Source: Marinigracilibium pacificum (GTDB lineage Bacteria; Bacteroidota; Bacteroidia; Cytophagales; Cyclobacteriaceae). From it: a stretch of 64,000 nt of DNA. Under the pieces are notes generated by a model. That model did no database searches. It was not told where the DNA came from and was given only the letters and a program-made list of their open reading frames with translations. Positions within the stretch are counted from its first letter, which is position 1, and the number at the start of each line of letters is the position of its first letter. The DNA is taken from NCBI RefSeq assembly GCF_012926615.1, contig NZ_JABBNU010000010.1, positions 114,629 to 178,628 of the forward strand, read 5' to 3'. Of the stretch, positions 1 through 9,049 are shown in pieces. Made by a program: the position numbers and the translations under genes.

Positions 1-249
1 CTAGAGTTTATTTCCTTTAGTAACGAATAATCATTCAATTCATTATTAACATTAAAATTCTCTAATGAATAAGTATATATCTGGGAATTTACCTTTTGAA
101 CTTTCTTTTTACCTATAAAAGTAAGTTCTGCCTTTGCCTTCGCTTCTGATTTCTGATTAGTGTAGAAATCTTGACCTATACCCGTAATATTTTGTAAACC
201 CTTAAATAATAATTTATCCGGACGAAGAAATAATTTTGATTTCATACTA
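1..249 (-). CDS. partial CDS (N-terminal ~83 aa; continues past window start), unknown function
   Basis: ATG at 247-249 on minus strand with open frame to window edge (MKSKLFLRPDKLLFKGLQNITGIGQDFY...). No recognisable motif. Confidence 0.3.
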
Positions 250-657
250 AAAGTTTTCATGTATCCAATAAATGCTATTGTGATATACTATATACATAGC
301 TTAAATACTTATAAACTAAAGTATAAATCTAAAAAAACATACCAAAAAAATCAGTTACTCCTGGTTAAGGAAATTTTTTAATGCAAAATACCAATTAATT
401 TCTTTACATTTAATTTCAACCTACACTTATAATACAAAAAGCTAATATTAACAGATTATTAGTTTTACATTTTTACATCTTAGTATATTAAATTTTCCTT
501 GGATTGCAATAAAGACTCTACCGGATTAAAATTTATCCAATCTTTCTTAAACTCATTTAAAATTCAACCAGCAAAAATTCGATTTATATTAATCAAGTGT
601 CTACGATAATGTATAATTTGGATGACTATTACTCTATTAGCTTATATCTACCAACCA

Positions 658-1830
658 ATGATAATACATAATTCAATTTTTATTATTCTCTTTTTCTTTA
701 GTTTGAATGCCATCGGACAGGAGATCGCTACTGTTAAGTCAGAAGTAATTCATTCTGAAATTTTAAATCAGGATAGGGAGATATTGATATACCTTCCTTT
801 TGGGTATAATGAAAATACTTATTCCCATTATGACGTAATCTATGTGTTTGATGCTCAAAACAGAGAACTATTTGATTATGTTCACTCCGTCCCTGGTTTC
901 TTAAATAATACTGGACGATCATTCATAGTAGTTAGTATAACATCATCATATTATGAAGAAACGGATTATGCAAGAAATCATGATATGCTTCCTCCTCCAC
1001 GATATACAGAGCCATCAGAGTTTTATGGTGGATACTCCGGAAATGCTGATAACTTTATTTCATTCGTTGAAAAAGAAGTTATCAACCACATTGAGTCAAA
1101 ATATCGAACATTAGGTAATAGACTAGCAATTGGTCACTCATTAAGTGCATCACTCATTCTTTATTCCTTGATCTCTAAAACTGGATTGTTTGATGATTTT
1201 ATTGCTGTTTCACCCAACCTGGCCTATGACAAAGAAAGACTGGCTGAAGACCTGATAAACTTTAATTATTCAAAATTACAAAGCCCTACTTTTATCTATA
1301 CAAGCCAGGCGAATGAAGGAATTAATTACTGGAAAGAATGGAAACCTGCATTTGAGAAAGTGAGTACATTTCTTTCTGATTCTTCCAGAAAGAACATCAT
1401 TTATTATCACAAATCATTTCCAGATAATAATCATTGGAATACCTATATTTCAAGCATAAATGAAGGTTTGAGGCTTTATCTGGACTTTTATAGCAAAAAT
1501 TATATTTCCAGGTTGTCAAATGAAACAATTCCATTAACCATTCAAGTGACCGTTCCAAATAAAGAAGATTCTGTATATATAACTGGTAATCAGGAATCAC
1601 TGGCAAATTGGACGCCTGGTCAAATATTGCTTAGTCATAAATCTGATTTGGTAAGAGAAATAACTGTAAAAGTTAAAATACCTGTGGAATTTAAAATAAC
1701 AAGGAATAAAGACTGGATGACTGAAGCCTACATTAGAGGCAATGAATTCATGGGTAACATTTCAATCATTGATAAAAATATAAACACTATAAAATTAGAA
1801 GTGCTTGATTGGAATGATTTGATGGAGTGA
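658..1830 (+). CDS. secreted esterase (PF00756-like alpha/beta hydrolase) with C-terminal CBM20-like carbohydrate-binding domain
   Basis: Signal peptide MIIHNSIFIILFFFSLNAIGQ. GHSLS nucleophile elbow. C-terminal ~100 aa resembles a starch-binding CBM20 fold (LTIQVTVP...YITGNQESLANWTP...EFKITRNKDW). ORF track start 622 is probably upstream of the true start at 658. Confidence 0.6.
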   Translation: MIIHNSIFIILFFFSLNAIGQEIATVKSEVIHSEILNQDREILIYLPFGYNENTYSHYDVIYVFDAQNRELFDYVHSVPGFLNNTGRSFIVVSITSSYYEETDYARNHDMLPPPRYTEPSEFYGGYSGNADNFISFVEKEVINHIESKYRTLGNRLAIGHSLSASLILYSLISKTGLFDDFIAVSPNLAYDKERLAEDLINFNYSKLQSPTFIYTSQANEGINYWKEWKPAFEKVSTFLSDSSRKNIIYYHKSFPDNNHWNTYISSINEGLRLYLDFYSKNYISRLSNETIPLTIQVTVPNKEDSVYITGNQESLANWTPGQILLSHKSDLVREITVKVKIPVEFKITRNKDWMTEAYIRGNEFMGNISIIDKNINTIKLEVLDWNDLME

Positions 1831-1896
1831 TATGATAATAATAATCATAAGCCAGGTAATTATTGCTATTTAAAAAGTACACATAAGGCTAAATAA

Positions 1897-1928
1897 GAAA
1901 AGCACCGGAAATTCATCTGGTGCTTTTC
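1897..1928. terminator. bidirectional rho-independent terminator between convergent genes
   Basis: Hairpin AAAGCACC-ggaaattcatct-GGTGCTTT flanked by A-run and T-run. Confidence 0.6.
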
Positions 1929-1951
1929 TATAAATGAATAATAAGTTGATT

Positions 1952-4099
1952 TTATTTTTTAATAAATCTCTTAACGATCAAATTCTCGTCAGTCATTATA
2001 TGCAAAGTATAAATCCCTCCTTTTAGTGATTGTACATCAAAACTAACAACTTTATCTATATCATAATTGTTAATTTTCTTGATCATTTTTCCTTCTAAAT
2101 TGTAGATTTCAATAGAAAACTCAGATTCTATAAATCCTGAAGGCAATTTCACAGATATTCGATCTAATACAGGGTTTGGATAAACAATAGTATTTTCAGT
2201 CAATAGATCATCAATACCTGTAATCAAATCATCATTTACATCTAATAAATTAATGGTAATTATTGCTTCATCGAAATTGAAGACTTCACCATCTGAAACC
2301 TCGATTGTTAAAGTAAATGAGGTAGTCTGCTCATAATCCAAGGCTTCAGGGTTATTTACTAATAACTGATTACCTTCAATTCTAAACGTACCATTGTCAT
2401 TTCCATTGGTTATCTGGAAAGTTAAATCATCATTTTCAGGATCTGAGGCAGATAATTCTCCAATTAAGGAATTAGCTTCGGAATTTTCATTTATTGTGAA
2501 AGTAGCATCTTCAATAGTAGGAACTTCATTAATATTTAATACGTCAATAGTAATAGTTTCCTCAATCGTATTAACTTCATCAGTTATCTCAACTACTAAA
2601 GTAAACTGAGTGCGAGATTCATAATCAATAGCAGCAGTATCAATAACTATAATTTTTCCCTGATTATCAATTGTAAATGAATTACCAATATTACCAGATT
2701 TAATTGTATAAGTCAGATAATCCCCTTCCGGATCTTTATAATAAAGGTACTCGACAATATGGTCAGGTAACGGATTTTCATAAACCTGAAATGCTGTAGG
2801 TCCATCAAGAACAGGAGCTTCATTTATATCTCTAACATTTATTTGAAATGTTCTAAAATAACTGGCACCTTTGTTATCAACAGTTTTCACATAAATATCA
2901 TAAACGAAATCATCTTCCCAATCTGTTGAAACATTGATTATCAATTGATCTCCATCGATAGTAAATAAAGAATTATCTTTATCCATTATACCATCACCCT
3001 CTACAAGAAAATATTCATGAGTATCTTCAACATCTGCATCAACAGTTGTGAATGTCCCAATTACTGCACCAACTGAATTATTCTCATCAATAACAGTATT
3101 TGAAAGATTGATATCAGTTGGAACTGAATTTTGAATTTCAAATGTATTTAAATCATTGTGATAAGTCGTGGTAAAGAATCCTGTATAACCAAAACCAAAA
3201 TAAGCTTTGGAATCTATAACAAATGAAATACCATTTGGCCTTGAATCAGAAGAGGCTATATTGAAAATATCTCCCTCGCTAGTAACATTATTGGTAAAAG
3301 GATCATATTTCACCACTGTTTTCTTATTACCATATGCAATATAAGCTTCTCCAGCCAGAACAAATGATGAGGCATCATTTATACCTAATGAATAATCTGC
3401 GAATACCTTTTCAGTCCATTTACCAGTAGACGGATCAAACTCTTGCACATCGCTGTATTGGAAAGTCCCCCCGTCATATGAAACTCCACCGATTAAGTAA
3501 CCTTTGCCGTTTAATGCAAAACCTGTTGCTGATTGTCTTGGATCACCAGAAAAAGCACTTGTTTGACTCCATTGGTTGGTTGCTGGATCATATACCCAAA
3601 AATCACCTAACGGCCCGTCAGTTCCTCTTCCGGTTCCGACATAGGCTTTACCATCAATTACAAAAGCAACTGCACTGTTACGAGCTACTCCACCAAAATC
3701 AGCGATTGAAGTCCATTCGTTATTTACAGGATCATACTTGTAAAAATCTTTAAGGTAATTTCTAGATTCATCTGAACCTAGCCCAACATAAGCATACCCA
3801 TCGATAACAAAACTTACAGCAGACCTTCTGGCTACACCAGGAAAATCGGTCATTTGAGTTGTGTTATTGGTTGTAGGATCAAATTTCCACAAATCCTTGT
3901 AGTAGGTAACACTTCCGCTATTACCCAATCCGATATATCCATATTCTCCTATTGAAAAAGAAATGGCATAGGCCCTACCGGCTATATCAGTAAGAGTTAC
4001 AGATTCAGCTTGTTGATTGGTATTTGAGGCAAACGTTTGGGTTGAAAAATAATTTAGTAAGAATGATTGAAATAAAAATAATAGTAAAAGTTTCTTCAT
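1952..4099 (-). CDS. T9SS-secreted protein with Kelch/galactose-oxidase-like beta-propeller repeats, cadherin-like repeats and Por/T9SS C-terminal sorting domain
   Basis: N-terminal signal peptide. Repeated G(Y/K)AYVG(L/T)G blades. DxNDxxP cadherin-like motifs (DINEAPV, NINEVPT, DVNDD). C-terminus IYPNPV...IYNLEGKMI typical of T9SS CTD. Confidence 0.7.
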   Translation of the reverse strand: MKKLLLLFLFQSFLLNYFSTQTFASNTNQQAESVTLTDIAGRAYAISFSIGEYGYIGLGNSGSVTYYKDLWKFDPTTNNTTQMTDFPGVARRSAVSFVIDGYAYVGLGSDESRNYLKDFYKYDPVNNEWTSIADFGGVARNSAVAFVIDGKAYVGTGRGTDGPLGDFWVYDPATNQWSQTSAFSGDPRQSATGFALNGKGYLIGGVSYDGGTFQYSDVQEFDPSTGKWTEKVFADYSLGINDASSFVLAGEAYIAYGNKKTVVKYDPFTNNVTSEGDIFNIASSDSRPNGISFVIDSKAYFGFGYTGFFTTTYHNDLNTFEIQNSVPTDINLSNTVIDENNSVGAVIGTFTTVDADVEDTHEYFLVEGDGIMDKDNSLFTIDGDQLIINVSTDWEDDFVYDIYVKTVDNKGASYFRTFQINVRDINEAPVLDGPTAFQVYENPLPDHIVEYLYYKDPEGDYLTYTIKSGNIGNSFTIDNQGKIIVIDTAAIDYESRTQFTLVVEITDEVNTIEETITIDVLNINEVPTIEDATFTINENSEANSLIGELSASDPENDDLTFQITNGNDNGTFRIEGNQLLVNNPEALDYEQTTSFTLTIEVSDGEVFNFDEAIITINLLDVNDDLITGIDDLLTENTIVYPNPVLDRISVKLPSGFIESEFSIEIYNLEGKMIKKINNYDIDKVVSFDVQSLKGGIYTLHIMTDENLIVKRFIKK

Positions 4100-4345
4100 A
4101 ATTAATTGGTTGATTGAAAAATTGAAAAGCGGTGTGAAATTAATACGTTATGATTGGAATTCAATGAGAAATAATAAAAGTATCGGATAAGTTTTACCTT
4201 TAAATTGATTAACAAACTGAATTACCGAACCGCTATTAATTAATCCTTAATCAACTATTAAAAATTCATCTTGATGTTACAAAATCTTTCTTATTTGACT
4301 ATTCTATCCCTATCTTTATCCATTATTAAACCATGAATTTAAACC

Positions 4346-5710
4346 ATGAAAATATATAATCTTTTAAGCTACTCTTGGTTAGCAATGGCCATCTTGTTTT
4401 CATGTAATCAACAAGAGGATAGTAATACTTCCAAAGAGAGCTCAAAAAATAAGGTTACAACAGAAAAAGTAACTATTGAAGATGTTGAAAGAGGTATCCG
4501 TGAAAATATTGCCGAACAAACTAAAGCTGGAAATGGCTATTTCAAATTCAGTAATGATACCACTGATTTTAGCCTCAAATTAGTTCGAGTCCATACTGAG
4601 TACTTATCAATTCTGGGTCCAAACGAGTTCTTTGCCTGCGTTGATCTGGCCACAGAAAACGGTGATGTGTATGATGTTGATTTCTTTCTTAAAGGATCTA
4701 AAGAAGACATGACGGTTACGCGTACTGACCTACATAAACTTAATGGCAAACCATATTATACATGGAAGCAATCTGAAGATAAAACCTGGAAGACTGTCCC
4801 GGTTGAGCAGGCTTCAAACAAGCTTCTAGGTGTAATTGAAGGACAGGACAACTTCTCTTTCCTATATGAAGCAACCATTCCTGAAATTGCTGATCAGGCT
4901 GAAATCTGGATTCCGGTTGCTAAAAGTGATGAGTTTCAAACCATCGAAATCAAAGCAATCGAAACTCCGGATGTTTATAAATTAATTAGCGATCCTGATT
5001 TTGATAATTCCATTTTATATATGCCTTTGGATGCCTCTCATAGCGGAAAGAAGATTACAATAGAATATCAGGTGACCAGACTGGAAAAAAGTGCGTATGA
5101 AGATTATGAAGATCCTTCAACTTATTTAAAGGCAAACAAGCTTCTTCCTATTGGTGACCGATTCTCGGTAATTGCTGAAGATGTTATTGAAAAAAAGAAT
5201 GCCTCTACCCCACTTACAAAGGCACGAGCCCTCTATGATTATGTAATTGAGGAAGTTCGATATGCCAAGCAAGGCACTTACGGTACCGGAGATGCTAATT
5301 ATGCCTGTGATTCAAAGTCTGGAAACTGTACTGAGTTCCATTCATTATTTATTTCATTAGCACGCTCCGCTGGTATTCCGGCAAGATTTGCGGTTGGTGC
5401 TGCAATTCCATCATCCAGAGTAGATGGCGGGGTTGACGGCTATCACTGCTGGGCTGAATTCTATGCTGAAGATAAATGGTGGCCTGTCGATATCAGTGAA
5501 GCTGATAAATATACAGCTCTCGCTACGTATTACTTTGGCCATCACCCGGCAAACAGAATTGAATTTAGTAAGGGAAGGGATATAAAACCTGAGATTATGC
5601 CTAATTCAGGACCAATTAACTTTCTTGCTTACCCCGTATTAGAAATAAAAGGTGAACCAGTGCGCGTTGACACTAAATTCACCTTTAACAGAAACAATTC
5701 CAGTATTTAA
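4346..5710 (+). CDS. transglutaminase-like (Cys-His-Asp core) lipoprotein
   Basis: Lipobox LFSC. GNCTEFHSLFISLARSAGIPAR (Cys) ... GYHCWAEFY (His) ... WWPVD (Asp), the transglutaminase-like cysteine protease signature. Confidence 0.7.
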   Translation: MKIYNLLSYSWLAMAILFSCNQQEDSNTSKESSKNKVTTEKVTIEDVERGIRENIAEQTKAGNGYFKFSNDTTDFSLKLVRVHTEYLSILGPNEFFACVDLATENGDVYDVDFFLKGSKEDMTVTRTDLHKLNGKPYYTWKQSEDKTWKTVPVEQASNKLLGVIEGQDNFSFLYEATIPEIADQAEIWIPVAKSDEFQTIEIKAIETPDVYKLISDPDFDNSILYMPLDASHSGKKITIEYQVTRLEKSAYEDYEDPSTYLKANKLLPIGDRFSVIAEDVIEKKNASTPLTKARALYDYVIEEVRYAKQGTYGTGDANYACDSKSGNCTEFHSLFISLARSAGIPARFAVGAAIPSSRVDGGVDGYHCWAEFYAEDKWWPVDISEADKYTALATYYFGHHPANRIEFSKGRDIKPEIMPNSGPINFLAYPVLEIKGEPVRVDTKFTFNRNNSSI

Positions 5711-5719
5711 AACCAGATA

Positions 5720-5995
5720 TTACTCTGAGTCTCCGTCATCATCTGATGATGGATGCTCACCTTCTGGGTGTTCTCCTTCAGGATGCTCACCTGCCGGATG
5801 TTCCTCATGAGTGCTATCTGATGAATGTTCGTGATCATCTGAATGATGCTCCGTTGACTCCTCAACTTGCTCTGTAACATCATCAGTATCGCTAGACTCT
5901 TCCTTAGCTGTTCCGCAAGAACCTAAAGTTATCACCATAAAAAATGCCATAGCCAAAAGACTAGTGCTTAATGATTTGAATTTTTTAGTAATCAT
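5720..5995 (-). CDS. small His/Glu-rich lipoprotein with tandem EHP(E/A)G repeats (putative periplasmic metal-binding)
   Basis: Lipobox LGSC. C-terminal EHPAGEHPEGEHPEGEHP repeats plus HHSDDHEHSSDSTHEEH. Confidence 0.5.
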   Translation of the reverse strand: MITKKFKSLSTSLLAMAFFMVITLGSCGTAKEESSDTDDVTEQVEESTEHHSDDHEHSSDSTHEEHPAGEHPEGEHPEGEHPSSDDDGDSE

Positions 5996-6120
5996 AAAAA
6001 TATATTAAGGTTTAAATTCAATTGTGATTGCAATTTATAATATAAATATAAAAAAGTAATTCATTAAATCAATAGCAAAGCATTCTTCACATAATTGAAA
6101 ATCATTGTATGAGTCCAAAA

Positions 6121-6825
6121 TTAACTAATCAGCTTATTGATTTGGCTTTTATAGGTCTGCCCGATTGGAATTTTAAACTCCCCAATAAAAATTTGGTTCC
6201 CATCAATTTTTTCTATCATTGGGACAGCTATCAAATACGATTTATGTACTCTCAAAAACTCAAATGGAGCTAATTCTGATTCATAATATGAAATTTTTTC
6301 ATGGCTGATAATCATATCATTATCCAGATGAATTTTAACATAATTACCATAAGCTTCGACAAATAATATGTCTTTTACATTTACTTGATGATACTTTTTA
6401 TCACTTTTAATAAACATCCTGGAATCACTATTCCTAATTTCTTCTGATATAACAGGAGATTTTTGTGAGGGTATATCTTTTGTTGCTTTATTTATTGCCT
6501 GAACCAACCTGTCAAAACTAAATGGCTTTAATAGGTAATCAACTACGTTTAATTCGTACCCTTCCAAAGCATATTCTTTATAGGCTGTAGTAACAATTAC
6601 CTTTGGTGGTGAGGATAATGTTCTTAAAAAATCAAAACCACTTAATTTAGGCATGTTAATATCTAAAAATATAATATCGACATGAACCCCACTATTCAAT
6701 AATTGAATAGCCTCCATTGCACTATAACAATGTCCTACAATTTTTAAATGAGGTAACATCCCACAAAATTCTTCTATCAGATCATGGGCTAATGGTTCGT
6801 CATCTATTATTAAATATTTTATCAC
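6121..6825 (-). CDS. LytTR-family response regulator (REC + LytTR DNA-binding domain)
   Basis: IIDDEPLA...DIIFLDINMP receiver motifs. C-terminal LytTR domain (VKIHLDNDMI...FLRVHKSYLIAV). Confidence 0.85.
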   Translation of the reverse strand: MIKYLIIDDEPLAHDLIEEFCGMLPHLKIVGHCYSAMEAIQLLNSGVHVDIIFLDINMPKLSGFDFLRTLSSPPKVIVTTAYKEYALEGYELNVVDYLLKPFSFDRLVQAINKATKDIPSQKSPVISEEIRNSDSRMFIKSDKKYHQVNVKDILFVEAYGNYVKIHLDNDMIISHEKISYYESELAPFEFLRVHKSYLIAVPMIEKIDGNQIFIGEFKIPIGQTYKSQINKLIS

Positions 6826-7952
6826 TCTTTAAAGATGGTTAATTCAGCTCGGTAAATATTATTCTCTGTCAAAGATTTTAATTCATGGTTATCCGGATAT
6901 ATCAACTTCAACCTTTTTCTCAAATTTTCTAATCCGATTCCTTGCTGTCGATTTCCATTTTCAGGTTTTTCAAAGTTGTTTTCAATAATAAACTTGAAAT
7001 ATTCAGTATTAGACTCTAATTCAAGGTTTATAAATGCGTCTTCTGAAATAGTTTCCACACCATGCTTAAATGCATTTTCAAGTAAAATAATAAATAACAA
7101 TGGTGCTATTTTATCCGGTGAATCAATATCAACATTAAAATTTATATCAACTTGCTTATGATATCTGATCTTATGAAGGTCAATATAGTTTTTTAAATAC
7201 TCTACTTCATCCTCTATGGGTACAAGCTCCTTTTTTCCCTCATAAATTGTATACCGCATCATATCTGATAATTTCAAAACTACTTCTGGTGCTTCATCTG
7301 ATTTTTTAACTGTAAGTGAATAAAGATTATTCAACGTATTGAAAAAGAAATGTGGGTTAACTTGTGATTTTAGTAAAGCCAGCTCTGCTTTTGTTTTTTC
7401 TGCCTTCAACGTTCGCAACCAGACCCATTGCTCATAAATCCATAATAATATAAATACCGGTATCGGAATCAACATATACATCAGTGCCAATTGCTTCTTT
7501 TCAATCTGGTAAACAGAAAAACTATCAGAAAACAACCTTACAAATGCCCAATATGAAAACGCTAATACATAAATCCCGATAATGTAGTATTTGTATTTCC
7601 CAAAAAAACTGGGAAATAACAGACTACTGACACCAATCCAGAAGGTAATCAATAAGAAAATTGTCACCGGATTATCCGGAATATCTATCCACGAATCGAT
7701 TATAATAAGAAAAACTAAAAGTAAACCAAATCCTAAAAATTTAAGCACAGCGGTCTTTCGCCTTTTTAATTGTTTAAAATGATATATCGGAAGGGAGATT
7801 ATTAACCACCACACCACAAATAAAATTATGTTTACTTCTACCTCATCAAAGTCTATAATAATAAATCCAATAGCCTCGAGAATGATAGCAAGTATAATGG
7901 TTACCAAAAGGCCATAAAAAAATGGGCGTACCTGATTTATCAATTTAGTCAT
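6822..7952 (-). CDS. membrane sensor histidine kinase (PF06580 His_kinase/LytS-like) partnered with LytTR regulator
   Basis: Six or seven N-terminal TM helices. NPHFFFNTLNNLYSL phospho-acceptor motif. HATPase C-terminus. 4-nt overlap (ATGA) with downstream RR. Confidence 0.8.
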   Translation of the reverse strand: MTKLINQVRPFFYGLLVTIILAIILEAIGFIIIDFDEVEVNIILFVVWWLIISLPIYHFKQLKRRKTAVLKFLGFGLLLVFLIIIDSWIDIPDNPVTIFLLITFWIGVSSLLFPSFFGKYKYYIIGIYVLAFSYWAFVRLFSDSFSVYQIEKKQLALMYMLIPIPVFILLWIYEQWVWLRTLKAEKTKAELALLKSQVNPHFFFNTLNNLYSLTVKKSDEAPEVVLKLSDMMRYTIYEGKKELVPIEDEVEYLKNYIDLHKIRYHKQVDINFNVDIDSPDKIAPLLFIILLENAFKHGVETISEDAFINLELESNTEYFKFIIENNFEKPENGNRQQGIGLENLRKRLKLIYPDNHELKSLTENNIYRAELTIFKE

Positions 7953-8158
7953 GCTTCAAAATTATGATTTAGGTAGGATTGACCTAATTATTTTGATGTA
8001 ATGGTTCATTTTTTATTTGAACTCATCATTTATTTAGTCAAATCCCTTTACACATCCTTTCCACTAATTACATCCTCAATCCATAGAGGTTGGTCATATT
8101 AATTTTTACTGATTCATCTCCCCTCCTAAATTCAATTTCAATCAAGCTAAAATTAATT
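7953..8158. promoter_or_regulatory. divergent intergenic region between sensor kinase operon and ABC/M1 operon (putative shared promoter/LytTR target region)
   Basis: About 200 bp AT-rich spacer between divergently transcribed operons. No motif verified. Confidence 0.3.
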
Positions 8159-9046
8159 ATGAACACTCTTGAAATATCAAATTTATCAAAAACCTACCCT
8201 AACGGTGTTAATGCTCTATCCAATATATCATTATCAATTTCAAATGGAATGTATGGTTTACTCGGAGCAAATGGAGCCGGTAAGTCTACTTTAATGCGTA
8301 CAATCGCCACTTTACAGCAGCCTAACTGCGGATCAATCAAATTTAATGGAATAAATAGTATCGATAACCCACAATCACTAAGGTCTCAATTAGGATACTT
8401 GCCCCAGGAATTTGGTGTTTACCCCAAAGTTTCCACTTTGAAATTACTTGACCATATAGCGATTTTAAAAGGTATACTTAATAAAAATGAGCGAAAACAA
8501 CAAATTGAGGCTTTGTTGGTAAAAACAAATTTATATCAACATCGAAAGAAATCTGTATTTACTTTTTCAGGCGGAATGAAACAACGATTTGGCATAGCCC
8601 AGGCCTTATTGGGAGATCCAAAACTTATTCTCGTTGATGAGCCAACTGCGGGTCTGGACCCCGAGGAAAGAAACCGGTTTTTAAACCTGTTAAGTGAAAT
8701 TGGAGAAAATGTCATAGTAATACTTTCGACACATATTGTTGAAGATGTTCACTCCTTATGTTCCAGGGTAGCAATATTAGATAATGGCGCTATTATCAAG
8801 GAAGGAAAGCCAAATGATTTGGTAAATGAATTAAATGGCAAAATCTGGATTAAAAAAATAGATAGATTTCAAAGGTCAGCACCCAATATAAATGGATTCA
8901 TTTCTTCAAGAGTTATAGGTGGTGAAACTTTGGTCAGGATAAATTCAAATTCATTTCCCGGATCTGATTACTCCCCGGTAGCCCCTTCCCTCGAAGATGT
9001 CTTTTTCACTACTAAAAACAATTCAAAGACACCTCAAAATCGATAA
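8159..9046 (+). CDS. ABC transporter ATP-binding protein (ABC-2 exporter type)
   Basis: Walker A GANGAGKST. Signature FSGGMKQR. Walker B ILVDEPTAGLD. H-loop. Start taken at MNTLEIS (ORF track start 8090 is likely too far upstream). Confidence 0.85.
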   Translation: MNTLEISNLSKTYPNGVNALSNISLSISNGMYGLLGANGAGKSTLMRTIATLQQPNCGSIKFNGINSIDNPQSLRSQLGYLPQEFGVYPKVSTLKLLDHIAILKGILNKNERKQQIEALLVKTNLYQHRKKSVFTFSGGMKQRFGIAQALLGDPKLILVDEPTAGLDPEERNRFLNLLSEIGENVIVILSTHIVEDVHSLCSRVAILDNGAIIKEGKPNDLVNELNGKIWIKKIDRFQRSAPNINGFISSRVIGGETLVRINSNSFPGSDYSPVAPSLEDVFFTTKNNSKTPQNR

Positions 9047-9049
9047 GAT

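Noticed and set aside
2394-3753. Antisense ORFs (2394-2609, 3478-3753 and similar ones such as 42741-43022, 43646-44005, 44051-44353 inside czcA, 38853-39915 inside the giant gene)
   Set aside because: They are fully embedded in long, well-supported CDSs on the opposite strand. They are low-complexity and have no motifs. These are typical shadow ORFs in AT-rich DNA.
5760-5840. Short DNA tandem repeat (ggatgctcacct-like units), considered as a possible CRISPR or microsatellite
   Set aside because: Repeat units are contiguous without spacers and lie in frame within a CDS encoding EHPEG repeats. This is a coding repeat, not CRISPR.
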